A stretch of DNA of 64,000 bases from the NCBI GenBank assembly GCA_903919045.1, contig CAIXGU010000228.1, positions 239-64,238 on the forward strand, read 5' to 3'. Shown here in pieces: positions 1 to 8,624 of this stretch. The first letter of the stretch is position 1, and every line of letters begins with the position of its first letter. The DNA comes from an uncultured Eubacteriales bacterium (GTDB lineage: Bacteria; Bacillota; Clostridia; Saccharofermentanales; UBA5734). The notes beneath the pieces were generated by a model. That model had not been told where the DNA came from, did not search any database, and saw nothing but the letters and a program-made list of their open reading frames with translations. Position numbers and translations under genes: made by a program.

Positions 1-100
1 GGATGTACCGGATCAGCGGCCGGTTGCTGACGCCGACGCCGAGGACGGCGACCCGCCGGCCTTTCATGGAATGCTTGAAGGAATCGAGCCTACGGTTCAT
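1..100 (-). CDS. Partial CDS: N-terminal 33 codons, with the gene running off the left edge. Tentatively a Mur ligase (MurD-like).
   Basis: A reverse-strand ATG at 98-100 lies 7 nt after GGAGGG. The translation MNRRLDSFKHSMKGRRVAVLGVGVSNRPLIRYI has a GxGxS dinucleotide-binding loop that I associate with clostridial MurD N-termini. That association is from memory, not a search. The ORF is absent from the track because it is truncated. Confidence 0.4.
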   Translation of the reverse strand, partial: MNRRLDSFKHSMKGRRVAVLGVGVSNRPLIRYI

Positions 101-120
101 TTCTGCACCCTCCGGGCTAG

Positions 121-129
121 ATTCTACCA
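121..129 (-). promoter_or_regulatory. Extended -10 promoter element (TGgTAGAAT) for the leftward partial gene
   Basis: The reverse complement of attctacca is TGGTAGAAT. It lies in an AT-rich islet about 20 nt upstream of the SD/ATG at 100. No good -35 is present. Confidence 0.45.
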
Positions 130-131
130 TA

Positions 132-160
132 TTGCATTTTGATTTTCCGTATAGTAATAT
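132..160 (+). promoter_or_regulatory. SigA-type promoter for tRNA-Leu (TTGCAT, 17 nt, TAATAT)
   Basis: TTGCAT is at 132-137 and TAATAT at 155-160 with a 17-nt spacer. The tRNA starts 12 nt downstream. Confidence 0.6.
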
Positions 161-171
161 GACCATGCCTC

Positions 172-258
172 GCGGGAGTGGCGGAATTGGCAGACGCGCT
201 AGATTCAGGTTCTAGTAGTCGCAAGGCTGTGCAGGTTCAAGTCCTGTCTTCCGCACCA
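172..258 (+). tRNA. tRNA-Leu(CAG), class II with long variable arm, CCA encoded
   Basis: The acceptor GCGGGAG pairs with CTTCCGC. The anticodon arm is CTAGA-TTCAGGT-TCTAG. A long variable arm and a TTCAAGT T-loop are present. Confidence 0.93.
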
Positions 259-264
259 GACGAG

Positions 265-294
265 AGGGGCTCCGGAAACGGGGCCCCTTTTCCA
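265..294 (+). terminator. Intrinsic terminator after tRNA-Leu
   Basis: Stem AGGGGCTCCG, loop GAAA, stem CGGGGCCCCT, followed by TTTTCC. Confidence 0.7.
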
Positions 295-329
295 TCGAGG
301 ACGCGGCCCGCATCGAACAGGAGGCCGGA

Positions 330-2810
330 ATGACCGAGCGGACGCCGGAAGGGACCCCGGAAGCCGCGGCCGAAGCGGTCGTGCGCATCTCCGTGCGCGA
401 CCTGGCCGAGTTCGTCCATCGCTCCGGCGGTCTTTCGCCGCTGGTCTACAGCGGCCTGACCGCGGCCGACGGCTCCCGCACCCACCGGCTGTTCTTCCAG
501 GAAATGGAGCGGCGCCACGCCGAAGGCCGCCTCGCGTGCGAGGTGGCGGTCCGCACCGACCACGCGGCCGCGGGGATGGTCCTGCGCGTCGGCGGACGCG
601 TCGACGCCGTCCTCGAGGAGAACGGCGGGCGGACGGTGCTCGAGGCCAAATCCGTCACCGGCGACTTCGACGCCCTTCCGCCCGGCGGCGACCCCGTGCA
701 CTGGGCGCAGGCCCTGCTCTACGCGCACCTCCTCTCGCTCGACCCGTCCGCCCCGCCCGTCCGGCGCGTCGCGATCGTATACGTCGCGGCCGACACGCTG
801 GAGTACCGGGAACTGTCCCGTCCGGCCGACCCCGCGGATCTCGCGCGCTTCTTCGACGAGACGGCGCGGACCTACTGCGACTGGGCGAAGCGGCTCACGG
901 CGCAGCGGGAGCGGCGCGATGCCTCGATCGGCGCGCTCGCCTTCCCCTACCCGTCCGTTCGTCCGGGCCAGCGCCGCTTCATGCAGGAGGTCCTCGGCGC
1001 AGTTCGCCGGCGCTCCGCCCTGCTGGTCCAGGCGCCCACCGGCACCGGAAAGACGATCTCGGCCCTCTTCCCCGCCCTGAAGGCCCTGCCGAAGGGCTTC
1101 TGCAGCCGCATCTTCTATCTGACGGCGAAGACCTCGACGCGCTTCTCGGCAGAGAAGGCGCTCGACGACCTCCGAGAGCGCGGCCTGTCCCTCAAGGCGG
1201 TCACGCTGACCGCCAAGGAGAAGCTCTGCCTCTGCCCCGAGATGTACTGCGACTCCCAGCGCTGCAAGTACGCGACCGGCTACTACGACCGGCTCCGGCC
1301 GGCGCTGTCCGACCTGCTCGGGAACGACGCGATCCGCCGCGAGGAGGTCGTGCGCACCGCGCAGGCCTTCGCGCTCTGTCCCTTCGAGCTGTCGCTCGAC
1401 GCCTCCCTGTACTGCGACTGCGTGATCGCCGACTACAACTACGTCTTCGACCCGCGGATCCGGCTCGAGCGATTCTTCGGCGAGGACGCCGCCGGGTACG
1501 CCCTGCTCGTCGACGAGGCGCACAACCTCCCGGACCGCTCCCGCGAGATGCACAGCGCGGCCGTCACCTGGCGCCGGCTCGCGGCCGCGAAGAAGGCGGC
1601 CGCCGGCCAGGACCCCGGGATCCTGCGGGCGCTCTCCGCCGTCGAGCGCTACCTCGTGTCGCTCGGCGAGGCGATGAAGGCCGATGCGCCGGGCCTCCCC
1701 GCCGTCGAGCCGGGCATCGCGCCGAAGGACGTCGTGTCGATGGGGACCTTCCGCGCCACGCGGGCGCAGCCGGAAGCCCTCGCGGCGGTGCTGCGGCGGC
1801 TGGTCGCCACGTGCCGGGACGCGGTCGAGGCGATGGCACCGGGCCGTCCCCGCCGGGTGATCCAGGAATTCCTGTTCGAGGCCTGGTTCTTCCTGCGCGT
1901 GCTCGACGAGTTATTCGACGGCACCTACGTCACGACCGCGGACGCCGGACCCGAGGGGCTGGCCGTGCGGCTGATGTGCCTCGACGCGTCGCGGCGGGTG
2001 CGCGACGTCTGGCTCGACCGCCACGCCGCCGTGTTCTTCTCCGCCACGATGTCACCGCCCGACTACTTCGCGGGGCTCCTCTGCGGGCCGCGCGCCGAGG
2101 ACCGGCCGGAGCGCCTGATGCTCTCGTCCCCCTTCCCGCAGGACAACCTCCTGCTCCTCACCGCGGAATCCGTCTCGACGAAGTTCGCCGACCGCCCCGC
2201 CTCCCTGCAGGCGGTGGCCGCCTACGTCCGGGAGGCGACGGGCCGGCGCGTCGGCAACTACCTGGTCTACCTGCCGTCCTTCGCCTACCTGAAGGCCGTC
2301 GTGGACGCCTATCGGGCGATGCTCCGCGGACCTTCGGCCGGGACGACCGACGTCCTCGTCCAGGAGCAGGGGATGCCGGAAGCGCAGCGCGAGGCCTTCC
2401 TCGCGCGCTTCTCCTCCTACGGCGAACGGACGCTGGTCGCCTTCGCCGTGCTCGGCGGCGTGTTCGGGGAAGGCATCGACCTCGTCGGGGAGAAGCTGAC
2501 GGGCGTGGTGGTGGTCGGCGTCGGGCTGCCGCAGCTGTGCGGCGAGCGCGAGGTGATGAAGGACTATTTCGCGAACGCGCTCGGTTCCGGATTCGAGTTC
2601 GCCTACATGTACCCGGGCTTCAACAAGGTGCAGCAGGCGGCCGGCCGCGTCATCCGGACGGACACGGACCGCGGGTTCGTGCTCCTCGTCGACGAGCGCT
2701 ACGGGCGGCCGGAATACCGGATGCTGTTCCCGGACGATTGGAGGCCGGTCGAGGCCCCGACGCCGAAGGAAGCGGGCGACCGGATCGCGGAGTTCTTCGA
2801 CGCGGGCTGA
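330..2810 (+). CDS. PD-(D/E)xK nuclease domain fused to an XPD/DinG (Rad3)-family Fe-S DNA helicase
   Basis: 826 aa, with AGGAGG 5 nt before the ATG. The N-terminal region carries GRVDAV, LEAKS (ExK) and QALLYAH (QxxxY). The helicase part has Walker A APTGTGKT, a Cys cluster CLCPEMYCDSQRC, the DEAH box VDEAHNL, and C-terminal GGVFGEGIDL and QAAGRVIRT. Confidence 0.85.
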   Translation: MTERTPEGTPEAAAEAVVRISVRDLAEFVHRSGGLSPLVYSGLTAADGSRTHRLFFQEMERRHAEGRLACEVAVRTDHAAAGMVLRVGGRVDAVLEENGGRTVLEAKSVTGDFDALPPGGDPVHWAQALLYAHLLSLDPSAPPVRRVAIVYVAADTLEYRELSRPADPADLARFFDETARTYCDWAKRLTAQRERRDASIGALAFPYPSVRPGQRRFMQEVLGAVRRRSALLVQAPTGTGKTISALFPALKALPKGFCSRIFYLTAKTSTRFSAEKALDDLRERGLSLKAVTLTAKEKLCLCPEMYCDSQRCKYATGYYDRLRPALSDLLGNDAIRREEVVRTAQAFALCPFELSLDASLYCDCVIADYNYVFDPRIRLERFFGEDAAGYALLVDEAHNLPDRSREMHSAAVTWRRLAAAKKAAAGQDPGILRALSAVERYLVSLGEAMKADAPGLPAVEPGIAPKDVVSMGTFRATRAQPEALAAVLRRLVATCRDAVEAMAPGRPRRVIQEFLFEAWFFLRVLDELFDGTYVTTADAGPEGLAVRLMCLDASRRVRDVWLDRHAAVFFSATMSPPDYFAGLLCGPRAEDRPERLMLSSPFPQDNLLLLTAESVSTKFADRPASLQAVAAYVREATGRRVGNYLVYLPSFAYLKAVVDAYRAMLRGPSAGTTDVLVQEQGMPEAQREAFLARFSSYGERTLVAFAVLGGVFGEGIDLVGEKLTGVVVVGVGLPQLCGEREVMKDYFANALGSGFEFAYMYPGFNKVQQAAGRVIRTDTDRGFVLLVDERYGRPEYRMLFPDDWRPVEAPTPKEAGDRIAEFFDAG

Positions 2811-2816
2811 CGCGGG

Positions 2817-3644
2817 CTAGGCGTCGGCGGCGGGAGCCGGACCCGACGCGTCCTGCGGCGGCGCACCCTTCGCCGGCGCGGCCGGCTCCTCGAAGGCGGC
2901 GATCAGCGCGAGCTTCCCGTATTCCTTCTCCATCCGGTCCTGCACGTACCGTTCCGACAGGCGCGCGAGCGCGCGGCGGACGTCCTCGTCCACGGAGAAC
3001 GAGAACACGCTCTCCTCGGGCGCCGAGAGGACGTGGCGCAGCGCCGCGAGGACGCCGGCCGGCAGCGGTTCGGAGGCGCCCGCGACCCGCCGGCACGCGT
3101 CCTTCGGGCAGACGACGCCGCAGCGGCCGTAGCTGAAGCGGACGGGCGCATCGGCCGGCGGCGGTTCCCCGCAGACGACGCAGGCCTCGAGGCAGGGAGC
3201 GAATCCGATGAGGCCCATCAGGCGCATCTCGAAGGCGCGGACGGTCAGCTTCGGATCGCGGTCGGGCCGCGAGAGGGCGTGGAGCGTCCGCAGCGCGAGG
3301 CGGTAGATCTCGGGAGCGGGGTCCCCTTCCCGGACGCAATCGAGCACGAGCTCCGCGGCGTGGGCCGCGCAGGTGAGGCGCACAAGGTCGGCCTTCACGG
3401 GCGCGAACGCCTCGACGCGCTCGGCGTCGTCGACCACGAAGCGCCCGCCCCGGGCGAAGAGCGAGAAGTCGGTGAGGCTCAGGATCTCCGTGGCGGAGAC
3501 GAGCCGGCTGTTCTGGCGGCGCGCCCCGCGGGCGGAGGCGGAGAAGCGGCCCTGCTCGGCGGCGAGGAGCGTGAGGATGCGGTCCGCCTCGCCGACGGGC
3601 GTCTCTCGGAGGACGAGGGCGCGGACGCGGAGCGGTCCGCCCAC
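2817..3644 (-). CDS. recO: DNA repair protein RecO
   Basis: 275 aa with a GTG start. The N-terminus is OB-fold-like (ALVLRETPVGEADRILTLL) and a C-terminal Cys pair CVVCG...C is present. It sits directly downstream of era, as in Firmicutes. Confidence 0.88.
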   Translation of the reverse strand: MGGPLRVRALVLRETPVGEADRILTLLAAEQGRFSASARGARRQNSRLVSATEILSLTDFSLFARGGRFVVDDAERVEAFAPVKADLVRLTCAAHAAELVLDCVREGDPAPEIYRLALRTLHALSRPDRDPKLTVRAFEMRLMGLIGFAPCLEACVVCGEPPPADAPVRFSYGRCGVVCPKDACRRVAGASEPLPAGVLAALRHVLSAPEESVFSFSVDEDVRRALARLSERYVQDRMEKEYGKLALIAAFEEPAAPAKGAPPQDASGPAPAADA

Positions 3645-3648
3645 GGCG

Positions 3649-4677
3649 TCAGCGCTCCGGCCCGTAGCCGAGGTCGCGGAGGACCGACCGGTCGTTCTTC
3701 CAGTCCTCCTTGGTCTTCACGCGCAGGTCGAGGTGGACGCGGCAGCCCAGCATGCGCTCGATCGCCTCGCGGGATTCCGTGCCGATCCGCTTGATCATCG
3801 AGCCGCCCTGGCCGACGAGGATCGCCTTGTGCGTCTCCTTCTCGCAGAGGATGCGGCCCTGGATGCGCACGAAGCGGCGCCCGGAGGTCTCGTCGCCCTC
3901 GATGCGTCCGCCGCCCTCGTCGGTCTCCTCGAAGGCCTCGATCTCGACGGCGGTGCCGTGCGGGATCTCCTCGAAGGTGTCGGCCAGGATGCGTTCGCGG
4001 ACGATCTCGGCGACGAGCATGCGCTCGGTCTGGTCCGTCGAGGTCTCCGGCGGGAAATAGCGCGGGCCTTCCGGCAGGTGCGCGCGGATCTCGGCGAGGA
4101 GCGTGTCGACGCCGAAGCCCGTGGAGGCGGAGACCGGGACGATCGCGAGGAAATCGCTGGCGGCGGCGAAGGCGGCCATGATCGGCAGCAGGGTCTCCTT
4201 GCGGACCTTGTCGACCTTGTTGATGCACAGCACGACCGGCTTGCCCGCTTCCGTCGCCTTGCGGCAGAACTGACGCTCGTGGCCGTCGGGGCCGGGGCGC
4301 GTCGCGTCCGTGATCAGGACCGCGACATCGCTGTCGAGGAAGGCGTCCCAGGCGGAGGCGACCATGAGCTGGCCGAGGCGCGTCGTCGGCTTGTGGAGGC
4401 CGGGGGTGTCGACGAAGACGATCTGCGAGGTGCCGTCGTCGACGATGGCCCGGATCGCGTGCCGCGTGGTCTGCGGCTTCGGGGAAACGATCGCGACCCG
4501 CAGTCCGGCGAGGCGGTTGACGAGCGTCGACTTGCCGACATTCGCGCGGCCGGCGAGGGCGACGAAGCCGGACCGGAAGACGGCGGCGGGCTCCGGAGCG
4601 GACGCCGCGACGGGAGCGACAGGAGCGGAGGAGGCAGCGGCGGCGGGCGGCGGGGTCTTCTTCGGCGGCGGATTCAT
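3649..4677 (-). CDS. era: GTPase Era
   Basis: The ATG at 4675-4677 (reverse strand) is in frame with the track ORF 3649..6876; the upstream part of that ORF is a GC shadow. Motifs are G1 GRANVGKST, G3 DTPG, G4 NKVD, and a KH domain VGQGGSMIKRIG. The N-terminus has an Ala/Pro-rich extension. Confidence 0.93.
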   Translation of the reverse strand: MNPPPKKTPPPAAAASSAPVAPVAASAPEPAAVFRSGFVALAGRANVGKSTLVNRLAGLRVAIVSPKPQTTRHAIRAIVDDGTSQIVFVDTPGLHKPTTRLGQLMVASAWDAFLDSDVAVLITDATRPGPDGHERQFCRKATEAGKPVVLCINKVDKVRKETLLPIMAAFAAASDFLAIVPVSASTGFGVDTLLAEIRAHLPEGPRYFPPETSTDQTERMLVAEIVRERILADTFEEIPHGTAVEIEAFEETDEGGGRIEGDETSGRRFVRIQGRILCEKETHKAILVGQGGSMIKRIGTESREAIERMLGCRVHLDLRVKTKEDWKNDRSVLRDLGYGPER

Positions 4678-5225
4678 GCGCGGTCCCTTTCGTATCCGAG
4701 GTGCCGGAGCGCTTCGCGCTGCTTCCGGCGCATCCGCGCCTCGCGGCGCGGGTCGTCGTGGTCGTGGCCGAGGAGGTGCAGGACGGAGTGGGCGGTCAGG
4801 AACGCGACCTCGCGCTCGACGGAGTGCCCATATCGCGCAGCCTGCGAGACGGCGCGGTCGAGCGAGAGCAGGACGTCGCCGAGGAACAGCCCGGGCGGCG
4901 CGGAGGGGCGCGTCGGCGGTTCGACGTCCTCGGTGCGGAGGGGCTCGAGGAACGACCCGTCCCGGAGGTCGAGCATCGGGAACGACAGGACGTCGGTCTC
5001 CGCGTCGACGCCTCGCTGTTCGCGGTTGACGGTGCGCATGACGCGGGGTCCGGCGAGGACGAGGTGCACCTCGGGGCGGCACCGCGAGGCCACCGCGCCC
5101 TTCGAAGCGGGCGACAGGTCCCAGCAGGCGTCGGCGACGCGCGACGCGATGCGGCGGACCTCCCTGCGGAACGCCGCGTCGAAGCGCGTCTGCCGGTTCT
5201 CGAACGTCACCTTCACGGCGCTCAC
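4674..5225 (-). CDS. ybeY: rRNA maturation endoribonuclease YbeY
   Basis: 183 aa with a GTG start after GGAGGAAGAGG. The metal site HSVLHLLGHDH is present. The stop overlaps the era start (ATGA). Confidence 0.92.
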   Translation of the reverse strand: MSAVKVTFENRQTRFDAAFRREVRRIASRVADACWDLSPASKGAVASRCRPEVHLVLAGPRVMRTVNREQRGVDAETDVLSFPMLDLRDGSFLEPLRTEDVEPPTRPSAPPGLFLGDVLLSLDRAVSQAARYGHSVEREVAFLTAHSVLHLLGHDHDDPRREARMRRKQREALRHLGYERDRA

Positions 5226-5243
5226 CCCCCTCTTCCTCCAGGG

Positions 5244-6191
5244 TCAGTGGGAATGCCGGTCGTAGGCGCGGATGATCGACTGCACGAGCGGATTGCGCAC
5301 GACGTCCCGCTCCGTCAGCTCGACGAACCGGAGTCCCGGCACGTCGTGCAGGACGCGGCGCGCGTCCTTCAGGCCCGAATGGCGGTCGGGCGGGAGGTCG
5401 ATCTGGGTGATGTCCCCCGTGACGACCATCCGGGAGCGGAAGCCGAGTCGGGTGAGGAACATCTTCATCTGCTCCGGCGTCGTGTTCTGCGCCTCGTCGA
5501 GGATGATGAAGGCGTCGTCGAGGGTGCGGCCGCGCATGTACGCGAGCGGCGAGACCTCGATCGCGCCCTTCTCCATGTGCTTCTGGTAGGTCTCCCCGCC
5601 CATCAGCTCGTGGAGCGCGTCGTAGAGGGGGCGCATGTAGGGGTCGACCTTGCTCTGGAGGTCGCCCGGCAGGAAGCCGAGCTTCTCGCCCGCCTCGACG
5701 GCCGGCCGCGTGAGGATGATGCGCGCGACCTGCTTGTTGCGGAAGGCGTTCACGGCCATCGCCACGGACAGGAAGGTCTTGCCGGTGCCGGCGGGTCCTA
5801 TTGCGAACGTGACGTCGCAGGCGGCGATCGCCTTGACGAACTCGATCTGCCCGCGGGTCTTGCCCTTGATCGGACGGCCCTTCGCCGTGACGCAGATGCA
5901 GTCGGGCGAGTAGCCCTCGACCTGCTCCACGCTGCCGTCGAGCGCGGTCTCGGCGAGGTAGGAGACGATCTGCCCGGTGACGGCCTCGCCGCTCCGCTGG
6001 ATCTCGAGCAGGCGGCGCACCACGGCTTCGGCCCGCGAGACGGCTTCCTCCTCGCCCTCGATGGCGATGCCGTCCGACTGCGGGTGGAGACGCACCGAAA
6101 GGAGCGACTCGATCCGCGATGCGTTCCCGTCGATCTCCCCGAAGAGCGCCGCAGCCTCGTCGGCCCGTTCGATCGCGACCCTGGATTCCAT
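5244..6191 (-). CDS. phoH: PhoH-family ATPase
   Basis: 315 aa with Walker A GPAGTGKT and Walker B IILDEAQN. It occupies the canonical phoH-ybeY-era position. Confidence 0.92.
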   Translation of the reverse strand: MESRVAIERADEAAALFGEIDGNASRIESLLSVRLHPQSDGIAIEGEEEAVSRAEAVVRRLLEIQRSGEAVTGQIVSYLAETALDGSVEQVEGYSPDCICVTAKGRPIKGKTRGQIEFVKAIAACDVTFAIGPAGTGKTFLSVAMAVNAFRNKQVARIILTRPAVEAGEKLGFLPGDLQSKVDPYMRPLYDALHELMGGETYQKHMEKGAIEVSPLAYMRGRTLDDAFIILDEAQNTTPEQMKMFLTRLGFRSRMVVTGDITQIDLPPDRHSGLKDARRVLHDVPGLRFVELTERDVVRNPLVQSIIRAYDRHSH

Positions 6192-6218
6192 GTTCCTTCG
6201 TCCTCCCCGTCCGCCGCG

Positions 6219-6926
6219 TCAGCCCAGCATATCGGTCCGGGAGGCCGGGCTGTCCTCGCGCAGGCGCGGGATCTCGACCTTGTCGGCCTTCGCGATCGCG
6301 AGCTCGATGGAGTAGAACTTCAGCTGGTCGGCCACGCCGTTCAGCATCGTGAGCGCGCGCACCGCATCGTCGGGTCGCGCGATGGCCCGGATCTCGAACG
6401 GCTCGTTCGAGGGGAACGGCGTACCGTTGACGACGATGTAGGTGCCGCCCAGGCGGATCTCGGACATCGCGACCATCCGTTCGCCGTTGACGGAGATCGC
6501 CTGCGCACCGGCCGCGCGCAGCTCGTTGACGACCGTGCGGACGTCGAGGTCGCGCAGCGAGGAGTCCGCTCCCGCCGTCAGGGTCACGATCACGCCGGGG
6601 CCGCTCACGTCCGTGAGGCCCGCGAAGACCTCCGCCTTCTTCTTCTCCGCGAGGATCGCCTTCAGCTGGTCGTCGGTCGACGCGGTCTGGCTCTCGAGCT
6701 GGGCGACGTAGTCCTTGAGGGCGGCATATCGGTCCGAGAGCTCCCGGTTGGTCCCCTGGAGGGCGATCAGCTCGTCGCGGAGCTCGTCGGTGCGCTTGTT
6801 CTGCAGCAGGAGCTGGTTCTGCGTGGAATTGACGCTTTTCAGCTGGATCGCGACCAGGATGCCGAGCAGGAGGCACACGAAGGCGAAGGACAGGCTCCTC
6901 AGGAAGCGGCCGGTCTTGGGGGTCAT
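6219..6926 (-). CDS. DUF881-family membrane protein (division-cluster YlxW/YlxX-like)
   Basis: The ATG at 6924-6926 is in frame with track ORF 6219..8015. An N-terminal TM (FAFVCLLLGILVAIQL) is followed by a coiled coil and then GPGVIVTL...ISVNGERM. Confidence 0.8.
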   Translation of the reverse strand: MTPKTGRFLRSLSFAFVCLLLGILVAIQLKSVNSTQNQLLLQNKRTDELRDELIALQGTNRELSDRYAALKDYVAQLESQTASTDDQLKAILAEKKKAEVFAGLTDVSGPGVIVTLTAGADSSLRDLDVRTVVNELRAAGAQAISVNGERMVAMSEIRLGGTYIVVNGTPFPSNEPFEIRAIARPDDAVRALTMLNGVADQLKFYSIELAIAKADKVEIPRLREDSPASRTDMLG

Positions 6927-7711
6927 GGGTTCACCTCCGTGAGGGCGTCGATCAGGGTGTCGACGCGGTCGGCGCCGTCGAAGGCGGGGATCGCGACCTC
7001 GTCCTTCCGGACGCTGGTGATGCGGACGCCTTCGGCCTGCCGGTAGCCGAGCGTCTCGTCGGTGCGGATCATGGACAGGAGGAGGTCGGGGTTCCCCACG
7101 GCCTCCACGACGTACGGGACGGGGTACTTGATGCCGTTGATGAGGATCGTCGGCCCGTTGCAGATCAGCTCGCTCGTCGGGACGATCCGCTGGCCGTTCA
7201 CGGAGATCGCGACGGCGCCGCCGGCGCGGAGCAGGTCGACGACCAGGCGGACGTCCGCGTCGTGGATGATGCTGGCGGTCGGGTCCATGTCGGGCGTGCG
7301 GAGGTCGGAATCGTCCAGCGTCACGGCGACGCCGGAGCCGGTCACGGCGGTGAATCCGGCCTGCTGGCGCGCTTCGCGCAAGGCGGCGAGCGCCTCGGTG
7401 TCGCCGGCGCCCGACAGGATGCTCTCCTGCAGGCTCTCCTTGCGCACCGCCAGCTCGTCCATGCGCGTGCGCAGGTCGGCGAGGTACGCGTTCTCGGAGT
7501 CGATCAGGCGCGCGTAGGATTCGTAGTCGAGGCGCGTCGATTCGAGCCTTCGGCGCTCCTCCGCGAGGCTGCGGATCTGCGAGGAGGCGAGGATGCCGAG
7601 GATCAGCAGCAGCGCGAAGGCGAGCGCCGTGAAGGTGCGGTCGCGGGTGGTGCGCCGGGCGGACGCAGGGGACGGCGCGGCGGAGTCGGCGCGGCGGCGG
7701 CGCGCGTTCAT
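6923..7711 (-). CDS. DUF881-family membrane protein (paralog of the downstream gene)
   Basis: The ATG is at 7709-7711. It has a TM (LAFALLLILGILASSQI) and GSGVAVTL...ISVNGQRI. The stop overlaps the next start (ATGA). Confidence 0.8.
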   Translation of the reverse strand: MNARRRRADSAAPSPASARRTTRDRTFTALAFALLLILGILASSQIRSLAEERRRLESTRLDYESYARLIDSENAYLADLRTRMDELAVRKESLQESILSGAGDTEALAALREARQQAGFTAVTGSGVAVTLDDSDLRTPDMDPTASIIHDADVRLVVDLLRAGGAVAISVNGQRIVPTSELICNGPTILINGIKYPVPYVVEAVGNPDLLLSMIRTDETLGYRQAEGVRITSVRKDEVAIPAFDGADRVDTLIDALTEVNP

Positions 7712-8622
7712 CGGCGGAGCCTCTCGACGAGCGTCGTGAATTCGGGAGGCGGGGGTGCCTCGAAGAGCAGCGCGCGGCCGTCCACGGGATGCTCGAAGCC
7801 GAGCCGTCGCGCGTGGAGGGCCTGCCCCTGGAAGGGGATCTCCTTGCGGAGCCCCCCGTAGAGCGGGTCCCCGACGACCGGGTGCCCGATGTGTGCCATG
7901 TGGACGCGGATCTGGTGCGTCCGTCCGGTCTCGAGCGTCGCCTCGACGAGCGTGGCGCCGTGGAGGCGCTCGACGGTCCGGAAATGGGTCCGGGCCGGCT
8001 TTCCGCCGCGGACAACGGACATCCGCTTGCGGTCGCGCGGGTCGCGTCCGATCGGCGCGTCGATGCGACCGCGCTCTTCCGCGACGGTCCCGACGACGAC
8101 GGCGTCGTACACCCGCTCGAAGTCGTGGCGGCGGATCCGTTCGGCGACCTGCTCGTGGACCCGGTTGTCCTTGACCACGAGGAGGAGACCGGAGGTGTCC
8201 TTGTCGATGCGGTGGACGATGCCGGGACGGATGACGCCGTTCAGGTCGGACAGCCGGTCGCCGCAGTGCGCGAGCAGGGCGTTCACGAGCGTTCCGTCGG
8301 CGTGACCGGCCGCGGGGTGCACGACCATGCCGCGCGGCTTGTCCACGACGAGCAGCCAATCGTCCTCGTAGACGATGGAGAGCGGGATCTCCTGCGCCTC
8401 GGCCCGGAGCGGCGCGGGCGCGGGGAGGTCGACGGCGACGAGGTCGCCCGCGTCGGGCCGGTCGGACGGCCGGGCCCGTTTCCCGCGCAGGGTGACCCGG
8501 CCCTCGTCGAGCAGGCGCCGCGCGTAGGTGCGGGACAGGCCGCCGAGGACCTCGCAGAGAAGGACGTCGATGCGGACGCCTCCGCGAGGAGCCGGGAAGG
8601 TGCGCAGGCCCGCCGGTTCCAA
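7708..8622 (-). CDS. rluD: 23S rRNA pseudouridine synthase, RluD subfamily
   Basis: An S4-like N-terminus is followed by the catalytic HRIDKDTSGLLLV motif and GRTHQIRVH. No ATG is available. TTG at 8620-8622 or CTG at 8626-8628 follows GGAGGGAAGGG, so the start is uncertain by about 6 nt. Confidence 0.85.
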   Translation of the reverse strand: MEPAGLRTFPAPRGGVRIDVLLCEVLGGLSRTYARRLLDEGRVTLRGKRARPSDRPDAGDLVAVDLPAPAPLRAEAQEIPLSIVYEDDWLLVVDKPRGMVVHPAAGHADGTLVNALLAHCGDRLSDLNGVIRPGIVHRIDKDTSGLLLVVKDNRVHEQVAERIRRHDFERVYDAVVVGTVAEERGRIDAPIGRDPRDRKRMSVVRGGKPARTHFRTVERLHGATLVEATLETGRTHQIRVHMAHIGHPVVGDPLYGGLRKEIPFQGQALHARRLGFEHPVDGRALLFEAPPPPEFTTLVERLRR

Positions 8623-8624
8623 GG

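Noticed and set aside
3-215. Track ORFs overlapping tRNA genes (3-215, 34265-34594, 34263-34616, 36107-36307, 36297-37046)
   Set aside because: They run through tRNA genes, promoters and terminators, so they are not coding. The tRNA cloverleaves are unambiguous.
237-1553. 438-aa minus-strand ORF and 866-aa plus-strand ORF (536-3136) over the helicase gene
   Set aside because: These are antisense or off-frame to the helicase, which has Walker A, DEAH and nuclease motifs. Their compositions are Arg/Gly/Pro-rich nonsense.
3649-6876. 1075-aa minus-strand ORF spanning era through the DUF881 gene
   Set aside because: Only the last 342 codons (Era) are real. The upstream part runs in a shadow frame over ybeY, phoH and a DUF881 gene. 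The same applies to 29478-34145 (which fuses shadow frames of the B subunit with the A subunit), 17278-20103, 14249-17344, 37482-41030 and 52312-55611.
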